Origin: Catajapyx aquilonaris
Taxonomy: Eukaryota
Reading direction: 5' to 3'
Assembly: GCA_000934665.2 (NCBI GenBank)
Contig: KZ538315.1
Coordinates: 1 to 64,000 of the forward strand
Length of the DNA: 64,000 bases
Shown here: one piece after another, positions 37,501 through 50,175 of the stretch
Numbering within the stretch: position 1 is the first letter of the stretch
Layout of the letters: every line of letters begins with the position of its first letter
Notes under the pieces: model-generated
Databases searched by the model: none
Seen by the model: the letters and a program-made list of their open reading frames with translations, nothing else
Told to the model about the DNA's origin: nothing
Made by a program: the position numbers and the translations under genes

Positions 37501-40500
37501 AAGCAGCTAAACAACTTTGCTTGTTTGTCCGGAAGCATATCCAGAAGGGGTACGTCATTATAACTCAGTTCTACGGACAGAGGATCAAAATATTCGGTAA
37601 TTGTACGAATCCAAGTTCATAAGCAAAGTGCTACCCCCAATGATTAATATTGTAGGATTTCTGTGTCACAGGTACGGTTTTGGACAGAACCTAAACTGGC
37701 AGCTCAGCAATTTTGTGAGCAGGAAACGCCACTAACGCGACGTTGAAGAGCATCACAATTAGCAAGATAGATATTTACAAACTACAAATTCCGGGTGGAA
37801 ACTGCACAAATGCAACAATCAACTCTGAATCATTTTCAGATCACATTTCGGTACTTCCTCTTGAGCATGTTTTTGACAGTCATTTAATTAATTAATACAG
37901 TATAGTAATTTACTCAAAATTTCAGCTGGATTTAAAGCGTGCTGCATGTTTTTATACTACAAGCTTCAGATAATGTAACGAAACTCCAGTAATTGCCCCA
38001 TGACATAGTTAACTACTAGTTAATTAAACTGCTGTTACAGGATCAAAGCTACAGTGTCACTCGGCTTTAATCCAAATAACACCAAAGTGACTCCATAAAA
38101 CCGTGCACGTATGGTCAGTCTATCCAATGTTGCCAATTTAGTAAGTCACTGCCACACCGGTAAGTTACAATCAACGACCCAATTACTGTCTTACCCCCTC
38201 CAAACGAAACCGCCAGTCGCTTCCAAAAAAACCCGTCTTGTATAAACCCTACGCCTGAAACGACAATTCCTCCGACTTCTCCTTCGCCAGCAAGGTAAAC
38301 TGTCTCCAAGAGTGGCAACCAACCAACCGTCCACGTCTCTTTTGGAGCCGAAAATCAGATGATGGCAGCAGATGCCGCACCCTTAAAACAGCAGGCAGTT
38401 GCATTTTACGACCCCCAAAGCCAGATTCCTTCCTCTCTTTTTTTTCCTTCAAAAAACCTTCCCCCCAAAAAATCTTCTCTGAAAACCCCAGGCTTCCAGA
38501 AACTGCAACGCTTCTGGAATGGCGATGGGACACAATCTAACATTATACTGGCTGAGACTAGCTTGCTATCTAAATGGTTGCAGTATACAGCATATTGCTA
38601 GTTTCAGGGTGGGGTGACTGGGAGGCCATGGGGTGAATGACTCATGGGGTCTCAGCAGGGGGTCCAAGGAGGACCTTCCCCTCACCATTCTACTGGTCCA
38701 CATTTGCATGGCGCCCAATTCAAGACTGGATGGCCTGCTGATGGATGAGTGCCGGAGGGGGCAAAAGGGGAAACTTGGCTACGTTTTGTAACTAGGAGCA
38801 ATCGGGGTCCTAGTTTGCATTTAATCAGAGGACTTACATGGAAAGACTTGTGCAATGTACTGTACTAGGAAGAAGTATGAATGCCTTCCAAGTATGAAAG
38901 TGGGTCAAAAAGTTTTTTTGCCACTTTTCATACTAGACTGTTGTCCATCAGTACAGTACATTAAAATGCCCCTTAGAAAATGTGGTAGAAACAGCGACAG
39001 AAAAATCGTTGATCTCAGAACGCTTTCAAAAAACTTGCATAAATTATTACTGTTCATAAATATTCTACGAGCCATCCTCTCTTTGTCAGCAGCACTCGGT
39101 TCCTCGACTTATCCTAAGAGCTGAACTTGCGCCTCTTTTTCCACTGGGAATTTGTGCCAGCCCAACTTTGCTGCGGTGTTCCTTTCTTTCTCTCTCTCAA
39201 AAAAAAGGACCAAAAAAAAAATGAGAAAAATCTACACAATTCTGCGCTGCGAATACCAAACTTTGTTGGTGCCTCGTTTGCAATTTTTTGGGGGGAGGTA
39301 TGAGGCAAGGCAATGATGGGAAGGGGTTAATCCAGGCGAAAACTGGAAGCCCAAAAGAATCTGCTTTCATGTGCTCCTCTAGAGCGAAAACCCTCCGGAA
39401 GCTTCGGACTTCCCCATATTCCACCCTGTCTCTTTATATTTCTGCGTTCATTAGACGGTAGCTGATGCCAGCAAAAGGAGGGGATGCTGTGAGGACACCA
39501 AGCGTGACCTCCGACCTTGGAAAGTTACTGGATGGGGAAACATTTTGCCTCGAATATTTCGCTTCCCTCCAGGCCATAATCTGGACTCTCACAATGGGGT
39601 CCAAAAATCGTGGCAAGCGTAAAAATCGCATGCAAATGAACGCTTAAGGACTGTGCGTGAAACACGTACAGCACATTTGTCTGCCCCCTCCCCTTCTGCC
39701 GAAAAAAAAAATTGGGGGGTGATATGGCACATTATCGTTTGTCCTGGAATATGAAAAAGTGCACTTCGGCATGCCTGGAATGGAAGGGTGGGCAGGCACC
39801 GGTTTTCACAGAAGAAACGTATGTGTGCTTAATTAATTGCTGGTAAAAACACACTACCAACTGAATTTACCAACCCTTCTCATAACTCCCATTTTTTTCA
39901 GGAGGAGACATAATGTAGCTGGCAGCCATCAAGCTACCCCCACCCAACTTCTCCGTGACTCAAATCGCTGCACGCACTCACACTCTCCCCTATACACATG
40001 TCTTGACCTTTGTGAGTGAAGGTTTAATGCGGTGGTACCACTTTTTTGGGTCAACCGCCACGCTATTTCGTAACACATGCTATGCACCTTATTGGGTAGG
40101 TTACGTTACCGGGACCTGGACACGAGCGGTGTAAAATAGGACGCACGCTTCACAACAAAGTAGCACTAACAGTTCAATATGGGGGGGAATTTTAAAAGTA
40201 ATTTTTAACAATCAAATTTTTTAGTGAACTTCCTTCTGAACACGACTGAATTTCACATTACTGAGGCACCCTATATATTTTCAACTCGACTCTAAAGTAA
40301 CAGACATGTTGTCCCTGTTCACTTAGAACCAGCCAAGCATTGCCACATGTCAGACAATAATGAAGACGAAGCAGGCCCGCAAGAGAATTTTGTTTAATAT
40401 TTTATCCTCTTCGTGCTATTGTTGGAGTCGCTCATAACTTTTTCATACCAAAGGTGCTCGATCTTTCCCATTTCCTACCTTAAAAAAATACCTTATCTGG

Positions 40501-43500
40501 GAATTTTCCAGAGAAAATACCATGTCGTGTACCGCTCAATGTGATATTACACGTCCAAATCGGAACAAAAAAATAAATAAAATCTTTTGCTGACAGTAAC
40601 GTTTGGTTTATTTTGGAGGCAACTAAAAGCCCACATGGCACAACCCTAAGCAAAAAAGGCATCATGCTTCAGCGATACGGTTCCTCAAGAAGCTCTGCTC
40701 AAAACAGCGTAAAATACAGCTTCGTCCGTCGCGAACGCGTGAAACCGTATCAAAAAAATAAAATAAAAATCATCTTCATTTAGACGTACCAATTTTTTTT
40801 TCTTATCTCCTTCTCCTTTGGCTATGAATGATGAGCAGGCCCAAATTGCTCCTCAGCCAAGTCTCTTCGCAAAGATAAATAAGGATGCGGCCGTGACTGT
40901 GGTTGTTCCTGGGCCCCTCCCTCGGACACCACCCTCTTCCCTTTGATAGCTGCCTCTAAACCGCAAACCTGCTGGACCACTACACACTCATGCATGCCCT
41001 TCCCCCAAGCTATATCCTTTTTTATATATATTTCTCCACTATGCATGGAATTTATAACCGAGCGCCGAATTATTTTCGGCCCGTGTCTATCACCGCCCAA
41101 TGGAATGCGGGGCATCTCCGGCCCATTGCATTTCGACCGAATCATATCGGACAGTTTATCTAAATTACCATATTGCAGGCTGGATTCACACGGAGCGTTG
41201 ATTAGTGGATCCCCAAATGCATGTTGGAGTTGTCGAACGATATTTATTGTAAATTGACACATCCATGTCAATAAGCAACAATTCGATAAATAGATTTTTT
41301 ATTATCATTTCATACTCTCGATGCCGATTTTTGATACCGGTATTCAATTTACTAGACGTGTGAACCCAAAATGTCAGTTCATAGTTGGACAGAGAAAGCC
41401 CTTCCAGGCTCGACCCTAGGCAGCGTTGCCAACATTCTTGGGCCAATTCAGCTGAAAAGAATTCGGTTGAAGACGCCTCATATCCAAACCACCCCTCCCC
41501 ATAATCTTACAGCGGGTGTAAACTAACTGGGTGCACTTTCTTCCCATCGCGTGCCTAACAACCTAATAGTCCTAATTATCCCATGCCCCCAACTCCTGGC
41601 CCTTAAAATGGGAATTTCCAACCATCTCTATCCCCCTCTCCTGAACACACTAAACAGGTATTAAAGCACTCGTTATGATCGTTATGAGAGAGCCTGCACT
41701 CTCTCTCTCTCTCCCTGTAACCTACCCCCTAGCAAAATCCAATCTCCATTAACAGCTCCGGATCAATCGAACAACTTGATACACCCTGTTGATCGACCTC
41801 TCTGCAAATTTTCTTTTTTTACCAACTCCCTTGCGTGCCGCTCGCAAAATGATAATGGAAGCTCCGCTTATATGTCATAGGGTCTATTCCCAGATCAATC
41901 CTGGGAACAAAATCCCTTCTCATTCCGCCCTGATAATCTTCTACTATTCAATAGCAGGCCCAATGCACACTTCAATATACAATTTTCTATCGGAAGCACT
42001 TACACCCTTTGCAAAGCGGGCTTCCAAACACACTTTCCAAGCGTGAGTGACGTCACAAATGCACTTGCCGTTGACTTTTTCAATCCGGTTCGCTTTAGCA
42101 AAAAAAAAAAAAAAAACGGTAAATTACTCTTTCATTACAGCCGGGCTTAAATTCGCACACTTGTTAAATCCGGTAACAGTTGGGAAAAAAGCATCGGGCT
42201 TAAATGCAGAGGTTAAATCCCTTTAATACTTACACACAACGTATAGTCAGCACCCATACCGTCCTGAGTTCGAACCTGGATCAATCAGACGTTTTTCTCA
42301 CACCATCAAAATTTATTACCATTGTTGTTATGAAGTTAATTGGACAAAAAGTGATCCCCAATTATTCACTAATTCCTTTTTAAATGGCTACATATTCAAA
42401 TTCCATTCACTCAATTTTAGTTATTTTTAACTCAAAATATGCACACAAAGCTGGTAATTGCCAACCGGCCCGCAACAGGAAACAGGAAGCGCACCCTGAC
42501 CGGTAGCAACATGGCACATAACCGTAACTCCTTTTGTAGCAAACCAACAACACGTCCATAAAAAAAGGAGGCCTGGTCATCCCCGAATTAAAAAAGTCGC
42601 CATTTTTAACCCTCAACTATTTTAGTAACCTTGGCATTCCCGGCGGGACGTGACTGTACCCTCCCACATCAAACAGCGTTTCCAACAACCGGGTGGGCCA
42701 TAATAAATCCGACTTATTTTCCCCTTCTTCCTATAGACTATCAGCTGTTTCCTCCTGAAGAAAAACGCCAGCTGCCCTGGATACAAACAAAAATATGTGA
42801 AGAATGGGGCGGAAACTCTAGGCTGCGTTTTTCTATTGGGGAGGTCTGAGAGATCATCATCAAGGGTAGGCGGCATTACGCTGTGCTTTTCCACGTCCTC
42901 CCAAACAACGAAGCGCACGGCAAAAACCAGTTGGATACGACAGGTAATTACATAGTGAATAAGCTGCTCCCTGAATCCGAGCTTGCCTCGATTGAGGGGG
43001 GCCCTAGATTTCCTTCCAGCCAACTGGAATAATAATACGGCGCCACAAGGTGCACCGGAAAAATCGGGAACACAATAATTAGGGACAGAAAATGCTGAAG
43101 GTGGGAGTACCAGCTGCGGAATGGTGCAAAGTGAGAATTATAACTATAATTAATTCCTAATCGTAAAAATGAATCTGGACTATTGTTGTCTGACGGGCTC
43201 GCTTCAAACCTGCTGCCTCGATAATCTGGATCGAATGTTGACGTATATACAGCAGCACGTTATAGTAGTTATACCGGCACCTGCTGTGCTAGAGGCAGCT
43301 TGATTAAGACCATGTTGTTTATGATAAGCATGGCAAACTTGCAGATATCGCGCTGCAACTTTCCTTGCGATTTTAAATGTAAGCCATATCACACGATTCA
43401 CTCAATGGACACCATCAACGTAAATTGCCTGAGAATGGCCTGACGTCACAGCAGCAGTGAGCATGCGCCGATTGGGCCGGTTGGATACGGGCTAAACGTG

Positions 43501-46500
43501 ACGTCAGACCATTCCCTCGTTTCACCGACTTCTAGACAACATGGTGCAATATTACTGACAAATATATAAAAATATCAGTGGAACCCACATGCGCTGTATG
43601 TGGGTCAAGGCACCGAGTGCAAGGGTCGACCATTAAACATTTTTAAAAACCGGGCGTGGTGATTACGTAATCCCTTAAATTATTGGCTCCTACAGTACTG
43701 CTCAGCCCAGTCATTTTTATCCCCACACCTAGCCTTTTTGGCCTTCCCATTCAAACTCCGGGAACAACTGCAAGGCGTGAATGTACCGGTTGCCCCCGTG
43801 GTCGACTGGGTGAACAAAATGCAAGGGGCCAACATCGCCCCTGAAACGACCCCACTGGATGTTATCCAAAAAGAGGGGTCCCAGCACGCGTCCCCCTCTT
43901 TTGAGTCCCGCGTTCCCTGCGTTCCAGTCCCCGTTTCTCCCCCTCTGAAAACCCGAAACTCCCTCAGCGCCCACCGTTGCAGAGGCACACGCTTGGAAAT
44001 GAGAAATCATCCCTTGTATACACTGCTATTGATCCGCCTTCCTGTGACTGACTTTCCAACAAGCAAAGCTCTGAGACATATCTTCAGCAAATAAAAAGTC
44101 ACATTTGATCAAACTACACATTACCAAATAAACCAGCCGGATTTAATTACTATAATGCTTTGTCATTTAGAAGCTCCCCCTGAAAAAAAAGCGGCTAATT
44201 AGCGTGGGTGGAGTCGCTGTAATCAATTTCAGACTTAAAGATGGGGCCTGGAGCAAAAACTGGTTTTACTACCTGCCATCATCATAATTACAGCAAATAC
44301 TACAATTAGTACGGGAAACTAAATTAATCAGCAACTAATAACATGTGACATAATGTACCCATAGCTGTCATGTTGCCTCCAGCACAGTGATTTTATTCTG
44401 GCTGAAGCCCTCTTCAACCAACTCCCTGGTCACACCTCGGAGAATCCCCCGATGGCAATCAATTGGGCAAACAACAAGAGGACGATCGATCACCTTACTC
44501 CTGTGTCTGGTTGGTTGCCTGCCTGGCCAGCTTCCCCCCTCTCTCATGGAGGTTCCGGAAACTAACTTGAACCTCGACACAGAGTATACAATCAGACCTA
44601 TACCCGGTTCTAATACCTGTTACCCAGAATTACAAACGGAAATGGCGCCGAGGAGTCGTTACGTAGCCCAGAACTGTCAGAGTTTATGCCCTTGTCACGA
44701 CCTGTTTTGGCGCGTAAACCTGCGGTTAGAAAGTAATTTCATAATGGACAGTAATTTCAGCCTGTCACCTTATTGCAAATCTTGAACGTTGCTGATTTGA
44801 ATGGCTAATCAGCCCAAAGTGGTCACAATATAAACGAACCCGCCTTCATTGGCTTCATTTTCAGAAATCATCTTTGCCAGCTGAAATAGTACCTAATGAG
44901 ATTCCAACAGTTACAAATAATGGGCACTGGCCAAACCCAACTGAAATTAATGATCGCTTCGGCTCATTAAATGCTTCTGATTCTAATTGATGATACATAC
45001 GTTTTGCATCAATTCAACCTCCCCTGACACTTTACTGTCATGAAATAAACCGAACCTAATTGGGTCAGACGTCCCTTTTTCCGCCCAATATTTCACCAAC
45101 AATTGTGCAAAAGGTGGCAAATCGGTTCCCTAATCCTCACAAATCTGAGCATTTCCAGGCCTGTTGAAGGTGTACCCATGCCATGGGTGTGTAGGGTAGG
45201 AATTAGTGGGGAGGGGGAAAAGAAAAAGACAGGAAAAAAATGGTAGTGACCGGTTCCCACACTTGGTTGCCACATTTCAGTTCCAAACACCCCTCCTTTT
45301 TTTTTTACGATCTCAGCTGACGAGGTCTTAATTTGGACGTTCCTTCCACTTCCCTTAGCCACCATGAATCTTGTGTTTTTCCCCTGATATCCGCCTTCTT
45401 GAATGAAGTGCCCGAGGAAGGACAAGATGGGAAATCGATTATCAATGGCGAAGAAAAAGCAACGGTATCAATCACTTTGTGACATGGAAAGTGGCTCCGA
45501 CCAGAACTTTGCACGATGGAAAACCACCCAATCTTTAACCCCGTATTAATCGCTGACAAATTAGCCCTCGCTGCCATCACATCGACAAGCCGCAAATCCG
45601 GTTGCCACCCTGTCCCAAGAGCCAGAAACGCAACATTTCATACCCATTTCACACCCATTTTTCAGCAGATGCTACATGGCCAGGGTGGACCTGGGAAGAG
45701 GCTATCGTGTTTAGCAGGTACCTTCAATCGAGGCTAATATGTTGGGGGCCATATCCTATATAGTGACTGTAGCAACTTTGTCGTACACCACAGATGTCCA
45801 TTTGGTCCCACCTTCACGGCAGCAACGCAGCAGACTATTCCCAAAATGGTGGGCCATAATCCACAAGCTACATAATGCCCAACAAAGGCTTTTCATCGGA
45901 AACTCCGAATGGAAGCTGGGTCCCCTCGAATGTTGAAGGGGGAAAAAGATGCAGGAGGGAACCACGGTTCAGCTGCGGCTTTTGGCCTCAACACCATCAA
46001 GGCCAGCTCTCTTGGACCTTATTCTGTTAGGGGTTGTCCATGACTTGAGGTACACATGGTGTACCTAAACTCTTGGGTCAACTCCCTCCTGGCGCTGGAA
46101 TAATGCACATGGCGTGTCGGTCAGACCAAAAAGGTCTCCATCCTAGATTATTCATTGCCTTGATATTGGGCTTTTGCTTGATAAGTACCTCCCCCATACA
46201 ACCCCCTCTTGCGTTTCGTGGATCAATATGTCTCTTCGATATTTATTCGGCAGGCGACGCTACTACTTGTCCGAGGACTGATTGGTTTGTTCTGCACTTG
46301 GGCAGCCATCTTTTTTTTTCTATGGCGAATAAAAGACGAGGCTTGAATTTCGTGTATAGAAAGGAGGGGGGTCTTCTTCCAAGAGGATTAGCAGCAGAAA
46401 AGACCTGGACCCAAAAGAACACCCTAATCCTCCAGGAAAGTTTCTAGTCAGAGAGAGTGGATGTCGCCCTCCCACCAGTCTGGTCAAATTCAAGGATAAG

Positions 46501-49500
46501 ACCCTGGCTTTTTTTCTTTGGTGTCTCACATTTTTTTTCATGATCAGAAAACTACACATGTGCAGAAAAATGAGGAACTGCTCCGTTGCAGAACAATAGC
46601 CGGAAGACACTGCAATATCATGAAAACACGAAGAGCAGGATGTCACGGCGGCTTTTCATTTCCCTCACACACACAACAATACACCTTTTTAAAGCTATTT
46701 TTGAAAATGGAGAGAGAGTTTTTTTTCTGTACCAAAAACGCTTGCCAACTTGGGTTTTGCAGATTGGTTCCACCAGCAGAGCGGCTTCTCCCAGAATAAT
46801 CTCCGCAACAAAAACAAGCCTAATGGGGCTATTCTGAGTGGAATGAGACACGAGAATGGCGATAAAAGAAGAAAAAAAAACGGAGGGAAAGTTTCGCTTC
46901 GAAAAGTGCAAAAATAAGCATAATAATGCGAATTGAATCGTGGGAACCGAGGATCAAGATAAGCGCAGCCAAACTGTATGAATGCGTGCAGTTATCTGGC
47001 TGTTCATTAACGGCATACAGTAGACTCTGCGAGATTCCATGTGGCAGGGTATTGACATATGTATTGTCAATGTGATTTGGATTTGCATTTCATGAACAAT
47101 TCGCATCGGCATCTACATGCCGCGGGGGAAGCATAATTATAAATACGGCCAACCATGAAACTGGAATTAGAGTACAAACTAAACTGTGCCCTACAACAAT
47201 TTGTGCCGGAAAAACATGTGGACATAGCCGTTATTGACGTGCTGTCCTGTATAGGTAACCAATTTGCACAATGGCTTGTTCAGTGTTTGTGTGGTTAAAT
47301 TGCTTATAAATCGGATTTAACTGTTTACTGATTCACTGCACTGTCATGCTAACCACTATTCAATATAAATCTAATGCAGTATACATTAGCATCAACATAC
47401 ATCCAGTTATTTACAGATATCAAGATAAATTCTGTTGCACGTTAGTCACGGTCATTGACAACAAGTGTCCCGTTTTAATAAGTAGTCCCATAAAAATTAA
47501 GAGTTACGACCAAAAGCTTTCACGCCAAGTGCACCAGCTTGGTACTTGTGGTTGACAAACTGTCAGCAGCTGCCATTATACAGTGCAGACCTATTTGCTT
47601 GCCATTCACATTCATATGCATTGATCATGCATTGCTCGCTTTGCTACCTGCATAGCATTGTCCGAGAGACCCACCAACCTGAATCAGGTAACAATCCGAT
47701 GTGGCGCAAAGCTATGAAAAGTGCTATTGTGAAAGGGGTCGGTTCAACCAATTGTAAAAATTGTGGGCCATAATGTGACGGGACAAAAGGCACTCTGTCG
47801 CCTTTCAATTGGTCTATACAGTCGATCTGTTCAAGCCTTTTGATCCGCCAAAAAATTATCCCCCCCCCCAATTGAGAGTAGCAACAAAAAGCTTCTCCTC
47901 GCTAAATGCACATGAAACAGAGTAACACGAGCTATTATTCGTGAAGAGTGGATAGGGGGGGAGAGGATATAACCGTTTAATTGCAACTGACAGGTGGAAG
48001 CAGTGGAGTTAACCACAATAGGCATTCCCAAAATACTTGTACATTTGAATTCGGCCCAATTTTGTGGCTCAATCATGATCAGAGAAACCTGCCTAGCAAA
48101 TGAACTAGTTGCTCCAATGTACAATCCATAACTTCTCCTCCACCTCCATTGCTGGACAAGAGCCCTGGGCAGTACAGTGCATACCACAGGGAATCATTCT
48201 TCTCCAAGAGAGCAGGCATCCTATTGACATCAACTGTACTCACTAGTACATTAATAATGCATGTGCTATGCTGTAAGTCACCATCCAGTGGCCTGAATTA
48301 TTTCAGTTACACCCCGATAATCCAATGCAGAGTTAGAACTGCAATAAATTATTCCCTTCTCTTGCTTGAATTAGTTGTTGCAGGTGTCTCTGCACACAGA
48401 CTGCGAAATAATTCACCTTTTCCTTTGCCAACCTTTGTTTATTTTCCCAAGCTATTGTTTTCAAACACAGTTCTTGACCAATGCCTCCTCATCTGGGCAG
48501 CACGGGTAACTTGTATTTTGTTCCAACAGTCTTCTAGCATACTGGTACTTCCTACTATACAGTAGATATGTATAGGCCACGTTTTTCAACAGTTCCACAA
48601 TAACATCACATTTTTTACTAGCTAAAAGTCATAGCAGTGACTGAAACAATTTTGTACAATTAGGGTTGATTCTCAATTACCTGTCATTGAATGTGCCAAA
48701 AAAAACAACTTCAGGGACGCCACAGCTACAATACACGAACTTCACATTAAGATCACAAGTAGTTGTTTTGTTACATATCACCCTCTCATGACTGTTACAA
48801 ACGCTAGCACTATAAACAAACAATATAAGATAATTTTCACAGGGTGAACTGCCTTCCACTCAACCAAGGTTGTTCAGAGTGGCAAGTACTGTAGAATACA
48901 TAAAATACACAATAAACAAACTCCTGTCGTTGTAAGTTGATAAGTCATGGCAGCAAGTGACGTCATTTTAAACATTAAAAAATTGGGCTATACATATTTC
49001 ATCCAGGATTGCATCACGATCATACGACTGATGGCTTTGTTGTTGTTTACTAGCCAATCAGCAATGAGATACCATCCAGAAAAACTACAGTCATACAACT
49101 GGCTCCTAGTCTGGCCAGATCTTCACACACCACCATGTACTGTTTGTATTGTTACGACCCTTTCACACGGCCCGAGGAAACTTCAGAAGCTCCTTTCGGC
49201 AATTAAAAACAAACATCTTTTGGGGACAAGACGTTGTCGTTTACTCGATCAGCAATGGCCACAACACCGACTTGAAATTCCCTTTGAATATCTTTCTTTT
49301 ATCTTTCTTTGTCCTCCCTGATTATACAGACCTGAGAGCGGCTCCTGGGGCACATCCTTCCCGTCGAGTCCCTTGGCACTGTAGGCAAAGCGCGCGTTGG
49401 AGCAGGCCAGCTCCTCCTTGGCCCCTGCCTGGACACAGGTCACACTACAGGACACCACCAACACCACCATCAGCCACAGGCTAGTCCTCCTCCTCCTCAT

Positions 49501-49563
49501 CAACACAGCACAGACTGTCCTGTCCCTCTTCCCGTCCCTTCTCTGCTCCACCATGTTGGGCAT
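9918..49563 (-). CDS. dlp: Glypican, dally-like / GPC4-GPC6 type, ~664 aa. Exons 49563-49332, 34329-34171, 14350-14116, 12796-12640, 11996-11831, 11616-11486, 11429-10907, 10309-9918
   Basis: Eight GT/AG exons sum to 1995 nt in one frame (phases 1,1,2,0,1,0,1). Signal peptide; 14 glypican-pattern cysteines (e.g. [33 protein letters not shown]); [26 protein letters not shown]; acidic SGSG heparan-sulfate attachment sites; hydrophobic GPI-type C-terminus. Alternative starts at 49554 or 49500 are possible. Confidence 0.95.
11244..11300 (-). repeat. Coding GGN repeat: 19 consecutive glycines in glypican exon 7
   Basis: 57 nt of GGA/GGG/GGT/GGC codons, including a pure (GGC)7 core. Confidence 0.95.
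13620..13769. other. Assembly gap (150 N)
   Basis: N run adjacent to a poly-C tract. Confidence 1.
19535..19582. repeat. (GA)24 microsatellite in glypican intron 2
   Basis: Perfect dinucleotide run. Confidence 0.95.
23751..24111. other. Assembly gap (361 N)
   Basis: N run between poly-C and poly-T tracts. Confidence 1.
25648..25668. other. Assembly gap (21 N)
   Basis: N run inside a poly-C tract. Confidence 1.
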
Positions 49564-50175
49564 TGTCTCAAAGCAGTCAGTGTCCGTTTGGTACGGGCCG
49601 CCCTTGGTGGCTAGGAGTGTTGATCTGGCCGGGGTTGCCCGGGGGAGGAAGGCATGACCAGCCCGCGTGAGCTATACACACAGAGAGACTCCAGAGCACA
49701 ATAAACGCCCGCCTCTCTCGGACCGATTCTGCCGGGGAGGGACCAGCAGAGGTGAAGGGAGGAGGTCAGCGACACCTCTGAGCGCCATGTGAAGGCTCAT
49801 CCCACGCGCATCCACCATCGCGCATCCACCCTCCCATTGGCTGCCCTATCGACCAATACATCACCAGATACATTATACTATTAAATGCAAAATAAATGCA
49901 GCAAATATATTTGAGCAGGCAGTGTTGCCAGATCGCCATGACCTTGAGTGGCTGCGACCCCCCTCCAGTCGCCATACTATAAATCACCAATGAAGGCCCC
50001 CACAGAGCCTGCTTCTTTGGGAGGCTCGTAAATTCAAATCCTGGTTTATTTCCTGCCACGGTCGGCGTCTGCTTCCTTGCCTGGTATTATATTACGGGGA
50101 GGTGGACTTTGGCCTACTCTTTCAGCGGAGGCTAGAGGAGACGGACAGGGCTGCGTCGTAGATTGAGGACCAAGC
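49564..50175. promoter_or_regulatory. Divergent (head-to-head) promoter region, glypican / HDHD1-like
   Basis: 612 bp between opposite-strand ATGs. CCAAT boxes in both orientations (49836, 49853, 49987), TATAAAT at 49978, and CGCGCATCCACC twice (49805, 49819). Confidence 0.65.

Noticed and set aside
34000..46946. Su(H)/CSL-like sites CGTGAGAA (~34000) and CGTGGGAA (~46939)
   Set aside because: Isolated 8-mers are expected by chance in 35 kb; no clustering or paired-site geometry.
14400..49300. Many 60-180 aa ORFs in glypican introns; possible nested gene or transposase
   Set aside because: None shows a recognisable domain or a consistent exon chain; sizes are as expected by chance with alternative start codons allowed.
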